This document shows, piece by piece, positions 51,402-60,984 of a DNA stretch of 64,000 nt. Each line of letters begins with the position of its first letter. Within the stretch, counting starts at the first letter, position 1. The translations under genes were made by a program, and so were the position numbers. The DNA lies in contig JAVJQW010000038.1 of the NCBI GenBank assembly GCA_040218735.1, positions 238,562-302,561 on the forward strand, in the 5' to 3' direction. This DNA comes from Deltaproteobacteria bacterium (lineage in GTDB: Bacteria > Myxococcota > Kuafuiibacteriia > Kuafuiibacteriales > Kuafuiibacteriaceae). Below the pieces are notes generated by a model. It worked only from the letters and a program-made list of their open reading frames with translations. It searched no databases and had not been told where the DNA came from.

Positions 51402-52819
51402 GCACGGACCTTCACCCCGCGGTCGGCATGGGCCACCGCACGCGTTTGATTCACTTCGTCGGCATCGGCGGCATCGGCATGAGCGGCATCGCGGAGGTGC
51501 TGTTGAACCTCGGCTACGGCGTTCGGGGCTCGGACATGAAGTCGTCGGAGACGACGCAGCGGCTCGAGTCGCTCGGCGGCGACGTTCGCATCGGACACGA
51601 CGGATCGAACGTCGACGGCGTCGATGTCGTGGTCGTGTCGTCCGCGGTCAAGAGTGACAACGCCGAGGTGCGCGCCGCGCGGCGCGCGAAGATCCCGGTC
51701 ATTCGTCGCGCGGAGATGCTCGCGGAGCTGATGCGGCTGAAGTACGGCATCGCGATCGGCGGCACGCACGGGAAGACGACGACGACCTCTCTGGTCGCGA
51801 CGATGCTCACGCACGCGCAGCTCGATCCCACGGTGGTGGTCGGCGGCAAGGTGAACAAACTCGGCTCGACGGCGAAGCTGGGGCAGGGGCCGTACCTCGT
51901 CGCGGAGGCCGACGAATCCGACGGCTCGTTCCTGCACTTGTCGCCGACGATCGCGGTCATCACGAACATCGATCCGGAGCACCTCGATCACTACGTCGGG
52001 GGCATCGACGAGATTCGCGACACGTTCGTCTCGTTCGTGAACCGCATCCCGTTCTACGGGCTCGCGGTGCTGTGCATCGACCACCCCGAGGTGCAGGCGA
52101 TCCTGCCGCGCGTCGAGAAGCGCTACGTCACCTACGGGCTCAGCCCGCAGGCCGACATCATGGCGACGAACGTTCGCTTCGAAGGACCGAAGACCACGTT
52201 CGACATCGTGGTCGAGCAGGAGGTCCGCGGGACGGTGACGTTGTCGATGCTCGGGCGACACAACGTGGAGAACGCGTTGGCGGCGGTGGCGATCGCGCGG
52301 GAGCTCGGTGTCCCGTACGCGGCGATCATCGAAGCGCTCGAAGACTTCGACGGGGTGGAGCGACGCTTCACGGTGCGCGGCGTGGTCGATGACGTCATGG
52401 TCGTCGACGACTACGGTCATCACCCGGCGGAGGTGCGCGCGACTTTGGCCGGAGCGCGCGCGGCGTACCCCGGACGTCGCATCGTGGTGGCGTTTCAGCC
52501 GCACCGTTACTCGCGGACGAAGAACCTGCTCGACGACTTCGCGACGGCGTTCAACGACGCGGACGTCGTGCGGTTCACCCCGATCTACGCGGCCGGTGAA
52601 GCACCGATCGAGGGGGTGTCGACGGCGGCGTTGGTCGACGTCGTCGCGAACCACGGACATCGTGACGTGCGCGAGGTGGACGACGTCGATGCGGCGGTCG
52701 CCGCCGTGGTCGAAGAAGCTCGCGCGGGTGACCTGATCATCAACTTCGGTGCAGGGGACATCGGTCGCGCGGGACGCCTCGTGGTTTCCGCGCTCGAAGG
52801 ACGATCTGACGATCAATGA
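51398..52819 (+). CDS. murC: UDP-MurNAc-L-Ala ligase
   Basis: [43 protein letters not shown]. Confidence 0.97.
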   Translation: MSTDLHPAVGMGHRTRLIHFVGIGGIGMSGIAEVLLNLGYGVRGSDMKSSETTQRLESLGGDVRIGHDGSNVDGVDVVVVSSAVKSDNAEVRAARRAKIPVIRRAEMLAELMRLKYGIAIGGTHGKTTTTSLVATMLTHAQLDPTVVVGGKVNKLGSTAKLGQGPYLVAEADESDGSFLHLSPTIAVITNIDPEHLDHYVGGIDEIRDTFVSFVNRIPFYGLAVLCIDHPEVQAILPRVEKRYVTYGLSPQADIMATNVRFEGPKTTFDIVVEQEVRGTVTLSMLGRHNVENALAAVAIARELGVPYAAIIEALEDFDGVERRFTVRGVVDDVMVVDDYGHHPAEVRATLAGARAAYPGRRIVVAFQPHRYSRTKNLLDDFATAFNDADVVRFTPIYAAGEAPIEGVSTAALVDVVANHGHRDVREVDDVDAAVAAVVEEARAGDLIINFGAGDIGRAGRLVVSALEGRSDDQ

Positions 52820-53330
52820 TCGTCGCGATCGGGGCGCCGTTTTCGATCTCGATCGGCGCGCGGATCGTTTCGATCGTTTTTCGGATCATGAAAATGCCTA
52901 CAGCGGATCTGCTGTGGTGAATGCTGCGATCCCCGAAAGTCCAATTTTTTTCAACATTGTTGGTCACGGACCCCTATGAAGGGATTCGGTCTTCGGGTAG
53001 GCTCCGACCGTCGGGGATCGAAGGGGCCGAGCTCTCACGTCAGGATCGAACGCTATCTCATCGGTATCAGGACTTCAGTCGGGAGATCTGAAGTGTGAAG
53101 TAACGGATGAGGTTTGCGGGGATGCGAGGTGCGGGCGACGGAGCGAGTTTCCGACGTTCGGGGAGTTGGCTTTCGTGGTCGTCGGCGTCAAACGGAGCGG
53201 AGCTCGTATCGTCCAAGGGAGCCCAGAATTGGGCCTCTTGGATCGAATCGATCGCTTCATGGATCGGCCAGAGAAGACAGAAGTTGATCAGCTCGGCGGG
53301 CGCACCGAGCTTCGATCGTTTCGAAACCAG
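52816..53330. other. Lower-GC, GATC-dense, multi-hairpin intergenic insert (candidate ncRNA or regulatory region)
   Basis: 19 GATC in 52803-53317; stems 52927-36/53011-20, 53072-78/53088-94, 53212-53242 and 53290-96/53305-11. Confidence 0.5.
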
Positions 53331-53332
53331 AC

Positions 53333-54235
53333 ATGAGGAGCACGACGGTGACCAGTTCGATCAGCACGCGACCGCGTTCGAGCTCCCTCACGGATCGCGC
53401 CTCGGTGCGTGGCGTCAAGCGGCGCGTACGCAAGAACCGGAAGCGTGGCGTGGAGGTGCAGCCGAAGCGGAGGGCCATCTTCGGTTTCGGCAAGGTCGTG
53501 CTCGGCCTTGGCGTCGCCGCGGCGCTCGGCGTCGCGGGTTTGGAGCTGTCCGAGCACCTCGAGCAGAGCGAGCTCTTCGAGCTGGAGCGCATCGAGGTCA
53601 CCGGCAACACACGCGCGTCGGAGTCTGCGTTGGTTCGTCTCTCGGGGATCGCGCTGAAAGACAACCTGATGGCGATGGACGTCGATGCGACGGCGCGTAT
53701 GGTGGAGGCTCATCCTTGGGTGGCCGAAGCGACGGTGTCGCGGCGGTGGCCGAAGGGGGTCGAGCTGCACGTGGTGGAGCACGAGCCGCGGGTGCTCGTG
53801 GCGCTCGACCACTTCTATTACGCCAACGCCGACGGCACGATCGTGAAGCGCTACTCCCCGGGTGAACGGGAGACGCTCCCGGTCGTCACGGGGCTGTCGC
53901 GCGAACAGATCGAGACGGACGACGGAGAGTCGCGCGCGAAGCTGTTGCTCGCCTTGCGGTTCCTCGACGAGCTGGACGCGACGCTCGGCGCCGCCGCGCC
54001 CGGCATCGAGGAGATCCACGTCGACACCGCGGTGGGGCTGTCGTTCACGCAGCCCGACGACAAGACACGCGTCGTGATCGGGCACCCGCCGTGGGCGGAG
54101 CGCATCACGCGACTCGACCGTGTGAAGGAAGCGCTCGAGCGGCGCGGGGTCGAGGCGTCGACCATCATGCTGGACGGCCAGCAGCGGAAGGACCGTGCGG
54201 TCGCCCGCCTCGAATCGGGGGCAGGGGAGCCGTAG
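53333..54235 (+). CDS. ftsQ: Cell division protein FtsQ
   Basis: Basic cytoplasmic tail, TM, POTRA (IEVTGN...HPWVAEATVSRRWP), LPVVTG; upstream of ftsA. Confidence 0.9.
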   Translation: MRSTTVTSSISTRPRSSSLTDRASVRGVKRRVRKNRKRGVEVQPKRRAIFGFGKVVLGLGVAAALGVAGLELSEHLEQSELFELERIEVTGNTRASESALVRLSGIALKDNLMAMDVDATARMVEAHPWVAEATVSRRWPKGVELHVVEHEPRVLVALDHFYYANADGTIVKRYSPGERETLPVVTGLSREQIETDDGESRAKLLLALRFLDELDATLGAAAPGIEEIHVDTAVGLSFTQPDDKTRVVIGHPPWAERITRLDRVKEALERRGVEASTIMLDGQQRKDRAVARLESGAGEP

Positions 54236-54259
54236 AGGCGCCGAACCGGGAGTAGAGCC

Positions 54260-55483
54260 ATGGGTAAGAACGAGAACATCGTCGTCGGTCTGGACATCGG
54301 CACGACCAAGATCTGCGCCATCGTCGGCGAGGTCACGCCGGACGGTATCGACGTCATCGGTATCGGTACGTCGGCGTCGAAGGGCCTCCGTAAGGGTGTG
54401 GTGATCAACATCGCCTCCACGGTCGAGTCCATCCGGGCCGCGGTCGAGGAGGCCGAGCTGATGGCGGGCTGCGAGGTGTCGACCGTCTACACCGGCATCT
54501 CCGGTGGTCACATCCGCGGCTTCAACAGCCACGGCATCGTCGCGGTGAAGGACGAGGAGATCCGCGAGATGGACGTCGCGCGGGTCATCGACGCCGCGAA
54601 GGCGGTCGCCATACCGATGGACCGCGAGGTGATCCACATCTTGCCGCAGGAGTACCTGATCGACGATCAGGACGGCATCAAGGAGCCGCTCGGCATGCAC
54701 GGCGTGCGGCTCGAGGCGAAGGTCCACATCGTCACGGCCGCCGCGACCAGCGCGCAGAACATCATAAAGTGCGCGAACCGCACCGGGCTCGACGTCGCAG
54801 CGATCGTGCTCCAGCAGCTCGCGAGCGCCGAGGCCGTCCTCACCGAAGACGAGAAGGACCTCGGTGTCTGCCTCGTGGACATCGGCGGAGGAACGGCAGA
54901 CCTCGCGATCTACTCCGAAGGCGCCATCGTTCACACGTCGGTGCTGCCGCTCGGCGGCAACCACCTGACCACGGACATCGCGCTGGGCATTCGCACGCCG
55001 CAGAACGAGGCCGAGACGATCAAGCGCAACTTCGGTTGCGCGCTGGTCGAGCAGGTCGACGCCGAGGAGATGATCGAGGTGCCGTCGGTCGGCGGTCGCC
55101 GACCGCGTGCGCTGTCACGGCAGATCCTCTGCGAGATCATCGAGGCCCGGGTGGAAGAAATTTTCCAGCTCGTCCGCGAGGAGATTCGAAATACTGCCTA
55201 CGAAGATCTGCTCGCAAGCGGCGTAGTACTCACGGGTGGGACCTCACAACTTTCCGGAATTGCCGAAATCGCCGAGGACGTGCTAGGCCTCCCGATCCGC
55301 ATCGGAATTCCGCGGGATGTCGGCGGTCTCGTCGACGTCGTTCGGAGCCCAGCACACGCCACGGGCGTCGGGCTGATTCTCCACGGAGCGCAGAGCTTGA
55401 ATGGCAAGCTCGTCCACGCCCCGGAAAACAAGTTCGGACGAACGAAGGAACGTATGCGCAAGTGGATCAGCGAGATCTTCTAG
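54260..55483 (+). CDS. ftsA: Cell division protein FtsA
   Basis: VGLDIGTTKI, DIGGGT, GVVLTGG, amphipathic C-terminus. Confidence 0.97.
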   Translation: MGKNENIVVGLDIGTTKICAIVGEVTPDGIDVIGIGTSASKGLRKGVVINIASTVESIRAAVEEAELMAGCEVSTVYTGISGGHIRGFNSHGIVAVKDEEIREMDVARVIDAAKAVAIPMDREVIHILPQEYLIDDQDGIKEPLGMHGVRLEAKVHIVTAAATSAQNIIKCANRTGLDVAAIVLQQLASAEAVLTEDEKDLGVCLVDIGGGTADLAIYSEGAIVHTSVLPLGGNHLTTDIALGIRTPQNEAETIKRNFGCALVEQVDAEEMIEVPSVGGRRPRALSRQILCEIIEARVEEIFQLVREEIRNTAYEDLLASGVVLTGGTSQLSGIAEIAEDVLGLPIRIGIPRDVGGLVDVVRSPAHATGVGLILHGAQSLNGKLVHAPENKFGRTKERMRKWISEIF

Positions 55484-55510
55484 TCGCGAAGGAAATCTAA
55501 GGAGCCAATC

Positions 55511-56698
55511 ATGTTCGAATTCGAGGAAGTGATCCGGAACGACGCGGAGATCAAGGTCATCGGCGTCGGCGGTGGTGGTGGAAATGCTCTGCGCACGATG
55601 ATCGACTCGGGCCTCAACGGCGTCGAGTTCATCGCAGCCAACACCGATCTACAGGCACTGCGCGCCAACCCCGCGTCGCAGAAGATTCAGCTCGGCGCGG
55701 CCCTGACGAAGGGCCTCGGCGCGGGCGCCAACCCCGAAGTGGGCCGCAACGCCGCGATGGAAGATCGCGAGCGCATCGCGGACGCGATCGGCAACGCCGA
55801 CATGGTGTTCATCACCGCCGGCATGGGCGGCGGCACCGGCACCGGCGCGGCGCCGGTCATCGCCGAGGTCGCGCGCGAGTCGGGTGCGCTCACCGTTGGC
55901 GTCGTGACGAAGCCGTTTGTCTTCGAGGGCCGGCGTCGTGGACGTCAGGCGGAAGAGGGCATCCACGAGCTGCACAACGTGGTCGACACGCTGATCACGA
56001 TTCCGAACAACAAGCTGCTGCAGATCGCCGGCGAGAACACGTCGATGATGGACGCGTTCCGTCGCGTGGACGAAGTGCTGCTCAACGCGGTGCGCGGCAT
56101 CTCGGATCTGATCAACGTCGCGGGTCTGATCAACGTCGACTTCGCCGACGTCCAGACGATCATGTCGAGCCAGGGCCTCGCGCTCATGGGCACCGGCGTG
56201 GGCGAGGGACCGTCGCGCGCGGTGGACGCCGCGAACATGGCGATCAACAGCCCGTTGCTCGACGACATCTCGATCGACGGCGCGATGGGCATCCTGATCA
56301 ACATCACGGGCGGTCCGGACCTCAAGCTGCACGAGGTGAACGACGCGTCGACCGCGATCGCCGACGAGGCGCACGAGGACGCGAACATCATCTTCGGCTC
56401 CGTCGTCGACGAGAACGCCGGCGACCAGGTGCGCATCACGGTGATCGCGACGGGCTTCGAGCTCGGTGGCGCCAAGGGCGGACGTCGTCCGGTGCCGGCG
56501 CGCCGCGGCGAGCAGTCGGCGGTGACGTCGAACCTCCCCGCCACCGCGAAGGGCGGCTGGGACGACCGTGACATCCCGACGCACATTCGGCGTCAGCGCG
56601 AGCAGCACGTGGCGTCCCGCCGCGAGCGTGACCTCCTGCTCGACTCGGAGAACCCGTCGCTGGACATCCCGACGTTCCTCCGCCGCCAGGCCGACTGA
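55511..56698 (+). CDS. ftsZ: Cell division protein FtsZ
   Basis: [37 protein letters not shown]. Confidence 0.98.
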   Translation: MFEFEEVIRNDAEIKVIGVGGGGGNALRTMIDSGLNGVEFIAANTDLQALRANPASQKIQLGAALTKGLGAGANPEVGRNAAMEDRERIADAIGNADMVFITAGMGGGTGTGAAPVIAEVARESGALTVGVVTKPFVFEGRRRGRQAEEGIHELHNVVDTLITIPNNKLLQIAGENTSMMDAFRRVDEVLLNAVRGISDLINVAGLINVDFADVQTIMSSQGLALMGTGVGEGPSRAVDAANMAINSPLLDDISIDGAMGILINITGGPDLKLHEVNDASTAIADEAHEDANIIFGSVVDENAGDQVRITVIATGFELGGAKGGRRPVPARRGEQSAVTSNLPATAKGGWDDRDIPTHIRRQREQHVASRRERDLLLDSENPSLDIPTFLRRQAD

Positions 56699-56748
56699 CC
56701 CCCCGGCTTTCAAAAGCGGGCTGCCGTGGTACGAATGGCGCCAGCGTC

Positions 56749-58395
56749 ATGCTGAAAGTCGACCCCACGCTGGACCACGTGCCGGCCCGCAAAGAGCACG
56801 TCATCGCGCTCTACGAGTCGATCAACCAGCCCCTGGTCAACATCCCGAAGTTCGGCACGGCGTCGACCGGCGCCTTCGTCCTCGGAACCCGCAACGATCA
56901 GGGCGCCTTCACGGCGTTTGTCTACCTCTACCAGCCCGAGACGCGCGCCACCGTGGTGTACGTCTCGGAGCCCCGCGCGCTCACCCTCGAGCAGTATCGG
57001 CGCGAGGAGCAGGAGGCGATTCGCTTCGTGGAGTCGATGGGGTTCATGGTGGACAACGTCCACTTCCCGACGCTCGCGCCGCCCGAGCAGGAGACGGTCA
57101 TGGGGCGGATCCCCATGTTCCGTCCGCCGAAGGCGCCCGAGGCGCAGTTCGATCCCGCGCCCTCGGCGTCCGACCCGTTCGGGACCGACCAGCTCGACGC
57201 CATCTTCGGGGGGCTCTCCGACAGCGACGCCAACGCGTTCCGCAGCGGGATGCCCGCGCCCGCTTCGCAGCGGCCGTCGGGGTCGGGGTCCTTCCCCAGC
57301 GTCCCGAGGTCGAACCCGACCGCGCCGCCGCCGTTTCAGGTGCACCAGGGCGGCTCGGCCCTGCCCGAGACCACGCGGCCGGGTGCGCCGCCCGGCGGGG
57401 ACGCTTTCGCGACGTCGCCCGGGATGTCGAGCCCGCCGCCGCTCAACTCCGCGTTCAGCAGCCAGCCGAACCTGTCGGTGCCGCCGCCGGCCGCCGCGAC
57501 GCAGCCGCCGGTGACGAACCCCGCGCCGACGTCGAACCCGGCCGGCGCGACCAACCCGCCGGCGCATTCGAAGGTGCCCGGCCCGGACGCGGCGGCGCTC
57601 GAGCGGCTCGGCCGGCTGCTCGGCTTGTTCACGATCTTGCTCGTGTGTTTGCTCGGCCTACCGCGGTGCAAGACGACCGGCCCGACCGCGCCGCCCGAGG
57701 CGGTCAACAGCCAGGTCGACATCGGGACGCAGCACCTCGCTCAAGGCGCGTATGCCGAGGCGATTCGCGCGTTCCAGGTCGCGTTGGACATGGACGACCA
57801 GCACCGCGACGCGCTGCGCGGGACCGCGCTCGCGTATCGTCAGCTCGGGATCCTGGACGAGTCGGAGAAGTTCTACCGCGCGTCGATCGAGGTGGCGCCC
57901 GACTGGTCCATCCCGAAGAACGAGCTTGCGGTCGTCCTGCTGCAGACCAGACGGTGTGAAGAGGCCAAACCGCTGCTGGAGGCGGTTCTGAAGGACATCT
58001 TCTACCCGACGCCGCAGTTCGCCGACCACAACCTCGCGAAGGCGATGGCCTGCCTGGGCGACACCGAGGGGGCGATCGACCGCCTCGAGAAGCTCGTCCT
58101 GAAGTACCCGAAGTTCTGCCTCGGCTACCTCACACTCGCGCAGATGTCGGCGGAGCTGAAGCGTCACGAGACGGTGATCTCCTCGTGCGACGACTTCGTC
58201 TACCAGTGCCTCGAAGACGACGCGATCAAGAAGTTCGTGCCCGCCGAGGACAGTGATCTGTGTTACCTTCGGAAGGGTCTCGCGTACGCGGAGCTCGGGG
58301 ATTTGGAGTCGGCTCGTGCCTCCTTTTCTCGCTGTCAGTCGAGAGGGCAGCTCGGAAAGGAATGCAAGAAGTCGCTCGAAATGCTCCCACCGTGA
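56749..58395 (+). CDS. tgl: Fusion of a Tgl-associated cytoplasmic domain and a Tgl/PilF-like Cys-rich TPR pilotin
   Basis: N-domain SINQP...FVESMGFMVD, Pro-rich linker, hydrophobic stretch plus Cys, TPRs with DIFYPTP and PKFCLGY; followed by HTH and recO. Confidence 0.7.
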   Translation: MLKVDPTLDHVPARKEHVIALYESINQPLVNIPKFGTASTGAFVLGTRNDQGAFTAFVYLYQPETRATVVYVSEPRALTLEQYRREEQEAIRFVESMGFMVDNVHFPTLAPPEQETVMGRIPMFRPPKAPEAQFDPAPSASDPFGTDQLDAIFGGLSDSDANAFRSGMPAPASQRPSGSGSFPSVPRSNPTAPPPFQVHQGGSALPETTRPGAPPGGDAFATSPGMSSPPPLNSAFSSQPNLSVPPPAAATQPPVTNPAPTSNPAGATNPPAHSKVPGPDAAALERLGRLLGLFTILLVCLLGLPRCKTTGPTAPPEAVNSQVDIGTQHLAQGAYAEAIRAFQVALDMDDQHRDALRGTALAYRQLGILDESEKFYRASIEVAPDWSIPKNELAVVLLQTRRCEEAKPLLEAVLKDIFYPTPQFADHNLAKAMACLGDTEGAIDRLEKLVLKYPKFCLGYLTLAQMSAELKRHETVISSCDDFVYQCLEDDAIKKFVPAEDSDLCYLRKGLAYAELGDLESARASFSRCQSRGQLGKECKKSLEMLPP

Positions 58396-58434
58396 GGCAA
58401 GGACAAGAGGGGAAGAAGGAAACGTAGCGCGGCG

Positions 58435-58812
58435 ATGCAAGCGATACCGAGAGAAGCACTGGCCGATCATCTTCGTAAGGCACTCGACAGCCACGACGTC
58501 ACCGTCGACGTCTTGGCGGATCGAACCAAAGTCACGCGCGCGACGATCAACGCGCTGCTCGACGAACCGGCGTCCGGCATCGTGCCCGAACGTGTCTATC
58601 TCCGCGGCCACCTCTCGGTCCTCGCTAGCGAGCTCAACCTCGACCGCGAACACACCCTCGACCTCTTCGACGCCGCGTTCCCCGCGGAGCCGACCACCCA
58701 AGATCTCTCGGGCGCGCCGCGCTTCGGCACGGGCAGCTTCGCCGTCGCCGCCGGCCTCGCCACCGTCGCGCTGATCGCCGTCGCGCTCGCCTTCGCCAAC
58801 GCGCTCGGCTGA
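58435..58812 (+). CDS. Short RodZ-like HTH protein with C-terminal TM
   Basis: LADRTKV...ALL...PERVYLRGHL HTH_25-like motif, then TM. Confidence 0.75.
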   Translation: MQAIPREALADHLRKALDSHDVTVDVLADRTKVTRATINALLDEPASGIVPERVYLRGHLSVLASELNLDREHTLDLFDAAFPAEPTTQDLSGAPRFGTGSFAVAAGLATVALIAVALAFANALG

Positions 58813-58827
58813 GCGCGCACCTCGACA

Positions 58828-59583
58828 TTGGCCCGCGCGGACGAAACGTTCGACGCGATCGTCGTCGGCGGCGTCGACTTCGGTGAAGCCGATCGCGTCG
58901 TCCACCTCATCACCACGCAGGGGCGGGTCGCCGCGTTCGGTCACGGCGCGCGCAAGAGTAAACGCCGCTTCGCGGGCGCGCTGGATCCGTTCACCACGAT
59001 CGCCGCGACGATCTCGCACTCCAAGAAGCGGCAAGGCACCTTGCCGACGCTCACCGCTGCGGTCGTCGAACGATCGCGACTCCCGCTACGTCGCAGCCTC
59101 GAATCGATCGCGCTCGGCTCGTACTTCACGGAGCTCGTCTGGCGCGTGACGCCGGAGGGCGACACGTCGGACTCGATGTTCTCGCTGCTGACGGCGGCGC
59201 TCGACGCGCTCGAAGTCGAGGACGCATCACTCGCGTCGCGTCGTGCGTTCGAGCTGTTCGTGCTCGACGAGCTCGGCTACACACCGCAGCTCGATCGTTG
59301 TGTTGCTTGCGGCGACGTGACCGATCGTCCGCACGTCGACTTCGAACGCGGCGGTGTCCTGTGTCCTGCGCATGCGGAGGGCGCTCCGTTGACCGGACCG
59401 AAGACCATCCAGTGGACCGAAGGGGTCTTCCGCGCCTCGTCATTCGAGCCGCTCGGCGGATACGACGCCGAGTGGGCGCACCGCGCCGCGGTGCGGTTGG
59501 GGGCGCCGATGTCACGGTTCTTCGCGACGCTCCTCGACTACCCGCTGAAGGCGACGCGAATGCTCGAGGACCTCGAGCTCTGA
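58828..59583 (+). CDS. recO: DNA repair protein RecO
   Basis: FGEADRVV, GARKSKRRF, LGYTPQLDRCVACG...GGVLCP. Confidence 0.93.
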   Translation: MARADETFDAIVVGGVDFGEADRVVHLITTQGRVAAFGHGARKSKRRFAGALDPFTTIAATISHSKKRQGTLPTLTAAVVERSRLPLRRSLESIALGSYFTELVWRVTPEGDTSDSMFSLLTAALDALEVEDASLASRRAFELFVLDELGYTPQLDRCVACGDVTDRPHVDFERGGVLCPAHAEGAPLTGPKTIQWTEGVFRASSFEPLGGYDAEWAHRAAVRLGAPMSRFFATLLDYPLKATRMLEDLEL

Positions 59584-59584
59584 T

Positions 59585-60127
59585 CTACTTGCGTGACTCG
59601 AGCGTCTGCACGGCGCGCCCGATCGCCTCGCGCGCCTGCGTACTCTCGGGGAGCCCCTCGGCGACGTGGCGCGCGTGCAGGAAGTGATACGAGCGAATCA
59701 GGGACTCGATCGCCTGCGCGGCCGCGAGGAGCTCGGCGGCGGCGGGGTCGGACGGGGCCTCCTCGAGTCGGCAGCGCGCGACGATGCGCAGCCGGTCGAC
59801 TTCGATCGCGTCGGCGGTGACCTTCCATGCCTCGGCGTTCACGTCGGCCTCCGGCGCGCGCGACAGCGCTTCACCGCCGACGACGCGCACGCGCGCCTCG
59901 AGCTTCTCGAGGTCTTCGGCGCAGGCGCGCAGCGCGCGGTCGTCGACGCGGTCGAGCCTGTCGAGGCGCTCCACGGAGGGGAGCCGGTCCAGCGTCCGAA
60001 TGATGCCGCGCAGGATGATCGCGCAGAAGCCGATGATCGCCAGCGCGAACAGGATGCGCACGAAGCGCCGGTACGGACGCAGCGCCTTGCCTTCCTCGTC
60101 GCGTTTGACTGGCGTGGCGTCGTTCAA
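59585..60127 (-). CDS. Hypothetical single-TM helical protein
   Basis: N-terminal TM, paired Cys, coupled to the upstream hydrolase. Confidence 0.65.
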   Translation of the reverse strand: MNDATPVKRDEEGKALRPYRRFVRILFALAIIGFCAIILRGIIRTLDRLPSVERLDRLDRVDDRALRACAEDLEKLEARVRVVGGEALSRAPEADVNAEAWKVTADAIEVDRLRIVARCRLEEAPSDPAAAELLAAAQAIESLIRSYHFLHARHVAEGLPESTQAREAIGRAVQTLESRK

Positions 60128-60951
60128 GCCGTCTTGGACGTACCGCGCTTGTCGTCACGAGGCCAGTCTGCGGCCAGGCACTCGGCGATCTCGACCGCGT
60201 AGAACTTCTGCGGGTTGTGGCCGCCGTCCGGGAAGCAGCGCCGCACCCCGGGGGGCACGACCTGCGCCATGGCCCGAGGGATCTCCGGCTCGATCAGCGG
60301 GTCGTCTTCACACCAGACCACACCCGTCGGGACGGTCGCGCGCCGCAGGCGGTCCGCGTGCGCCGGGATGTCCACTTGCTCGAGCTGGAGCATGGTTCGC
60401 CGGTAGGCACCGTCGGCGTAGCGCCCGCGAAACCCACCGGCCGCGAACAGGCGCGACACGACCGGACGCAGCCAGCGCGCCCGGCGCTGGGAGCGGAGGA
60501 GGGTGGCCATCGTCCGGTATGGCATTCGACGAAGCGCGCGATGCTCCCGAAGCCCCGGCGTCGCGAGGAGCACCAACCGCGCGACGCGATCGGGCCAGGC
60601 GTCGGCGACGGCGGTGGCGATGATGCCGCCCATCGAGTGACCGAGGAGGTCGACGCGTTCGATGCCCAACGCGTCGAGGAACTCCACGACCAGCGCGGCG
60701 CGGCTCGGGACGTCGAAGTCGGGGCCCGTTCGTTCGGGGGTGCCGCCGAAGCCGGGGAAGTCGATGCGGAGCATCCGGCCGTGGGCGGCGACCGCGGGGG
60801 CGAGCCAACGGAAGTCGCGGAGGGAACCGGGGAGCCCGTGCAGCGCGAGCGCCGGGGCGCCCTCGGTCGCCCCTTCATCGACGAACGTCATCGGTCCGCG
60901 CGGAAGGTCGATCGTGCGCGGCGTGGGATCACTCGGTCGCTCGGGGTGCAC
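60124..60951 (-). CDS. Alpha/beta fold hydrolase
   Basis: LHGLPGS, GHSMGG, EDDP, GGHNP. Confidence 0.9.
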   Translation of the reverse strand: MHPERPSDPTPRTIDLPRGPMTFVDEGATEGAPALALHGLPGSLRDFRWLAPAVAAHGRMLRIDFPGFGGTPERTGPDFDVPSRAALVVEFLDALGIERVDLLGHSMGGIIATAVADAWPDRVARLVLLATPGLREHRALRRMPYRTMATLLRSQRRARWLRPVVSRLFAAGGFRGRYADGAYRRTMLQLEQVDIPAHADRLRRATVPTGVVWCEDDPLIEPEIPRAMAQVVPPGVRRCFPDGGHNPQKFYAVEIAECLAADWPRDDKRGTSKTA

Positions 60952-60984
60952 CGGGTCGGGAGTATAGCCACGCTTCGGGCGGCG

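Noticed and set aside
52803-52965. Replication origin
   Set aside because: GATC cluster and AT tract are present, but no TTATCCACA-like DnaA boxes and no dnaA/gidA context
52927-53060. RNase P RNA (GAAAGTCC) or tmRNA (GGGGCCGA) in the murC-ftsQ gap
   Set aside because: Only short words match; no RNase P 3' P4 strand and no tRNA-like T-arm/CCA end
56701-56720. Intrinsic terminator after ftsZ
   Set aside because: Weak imperfect stem with no U-tract; not supportable
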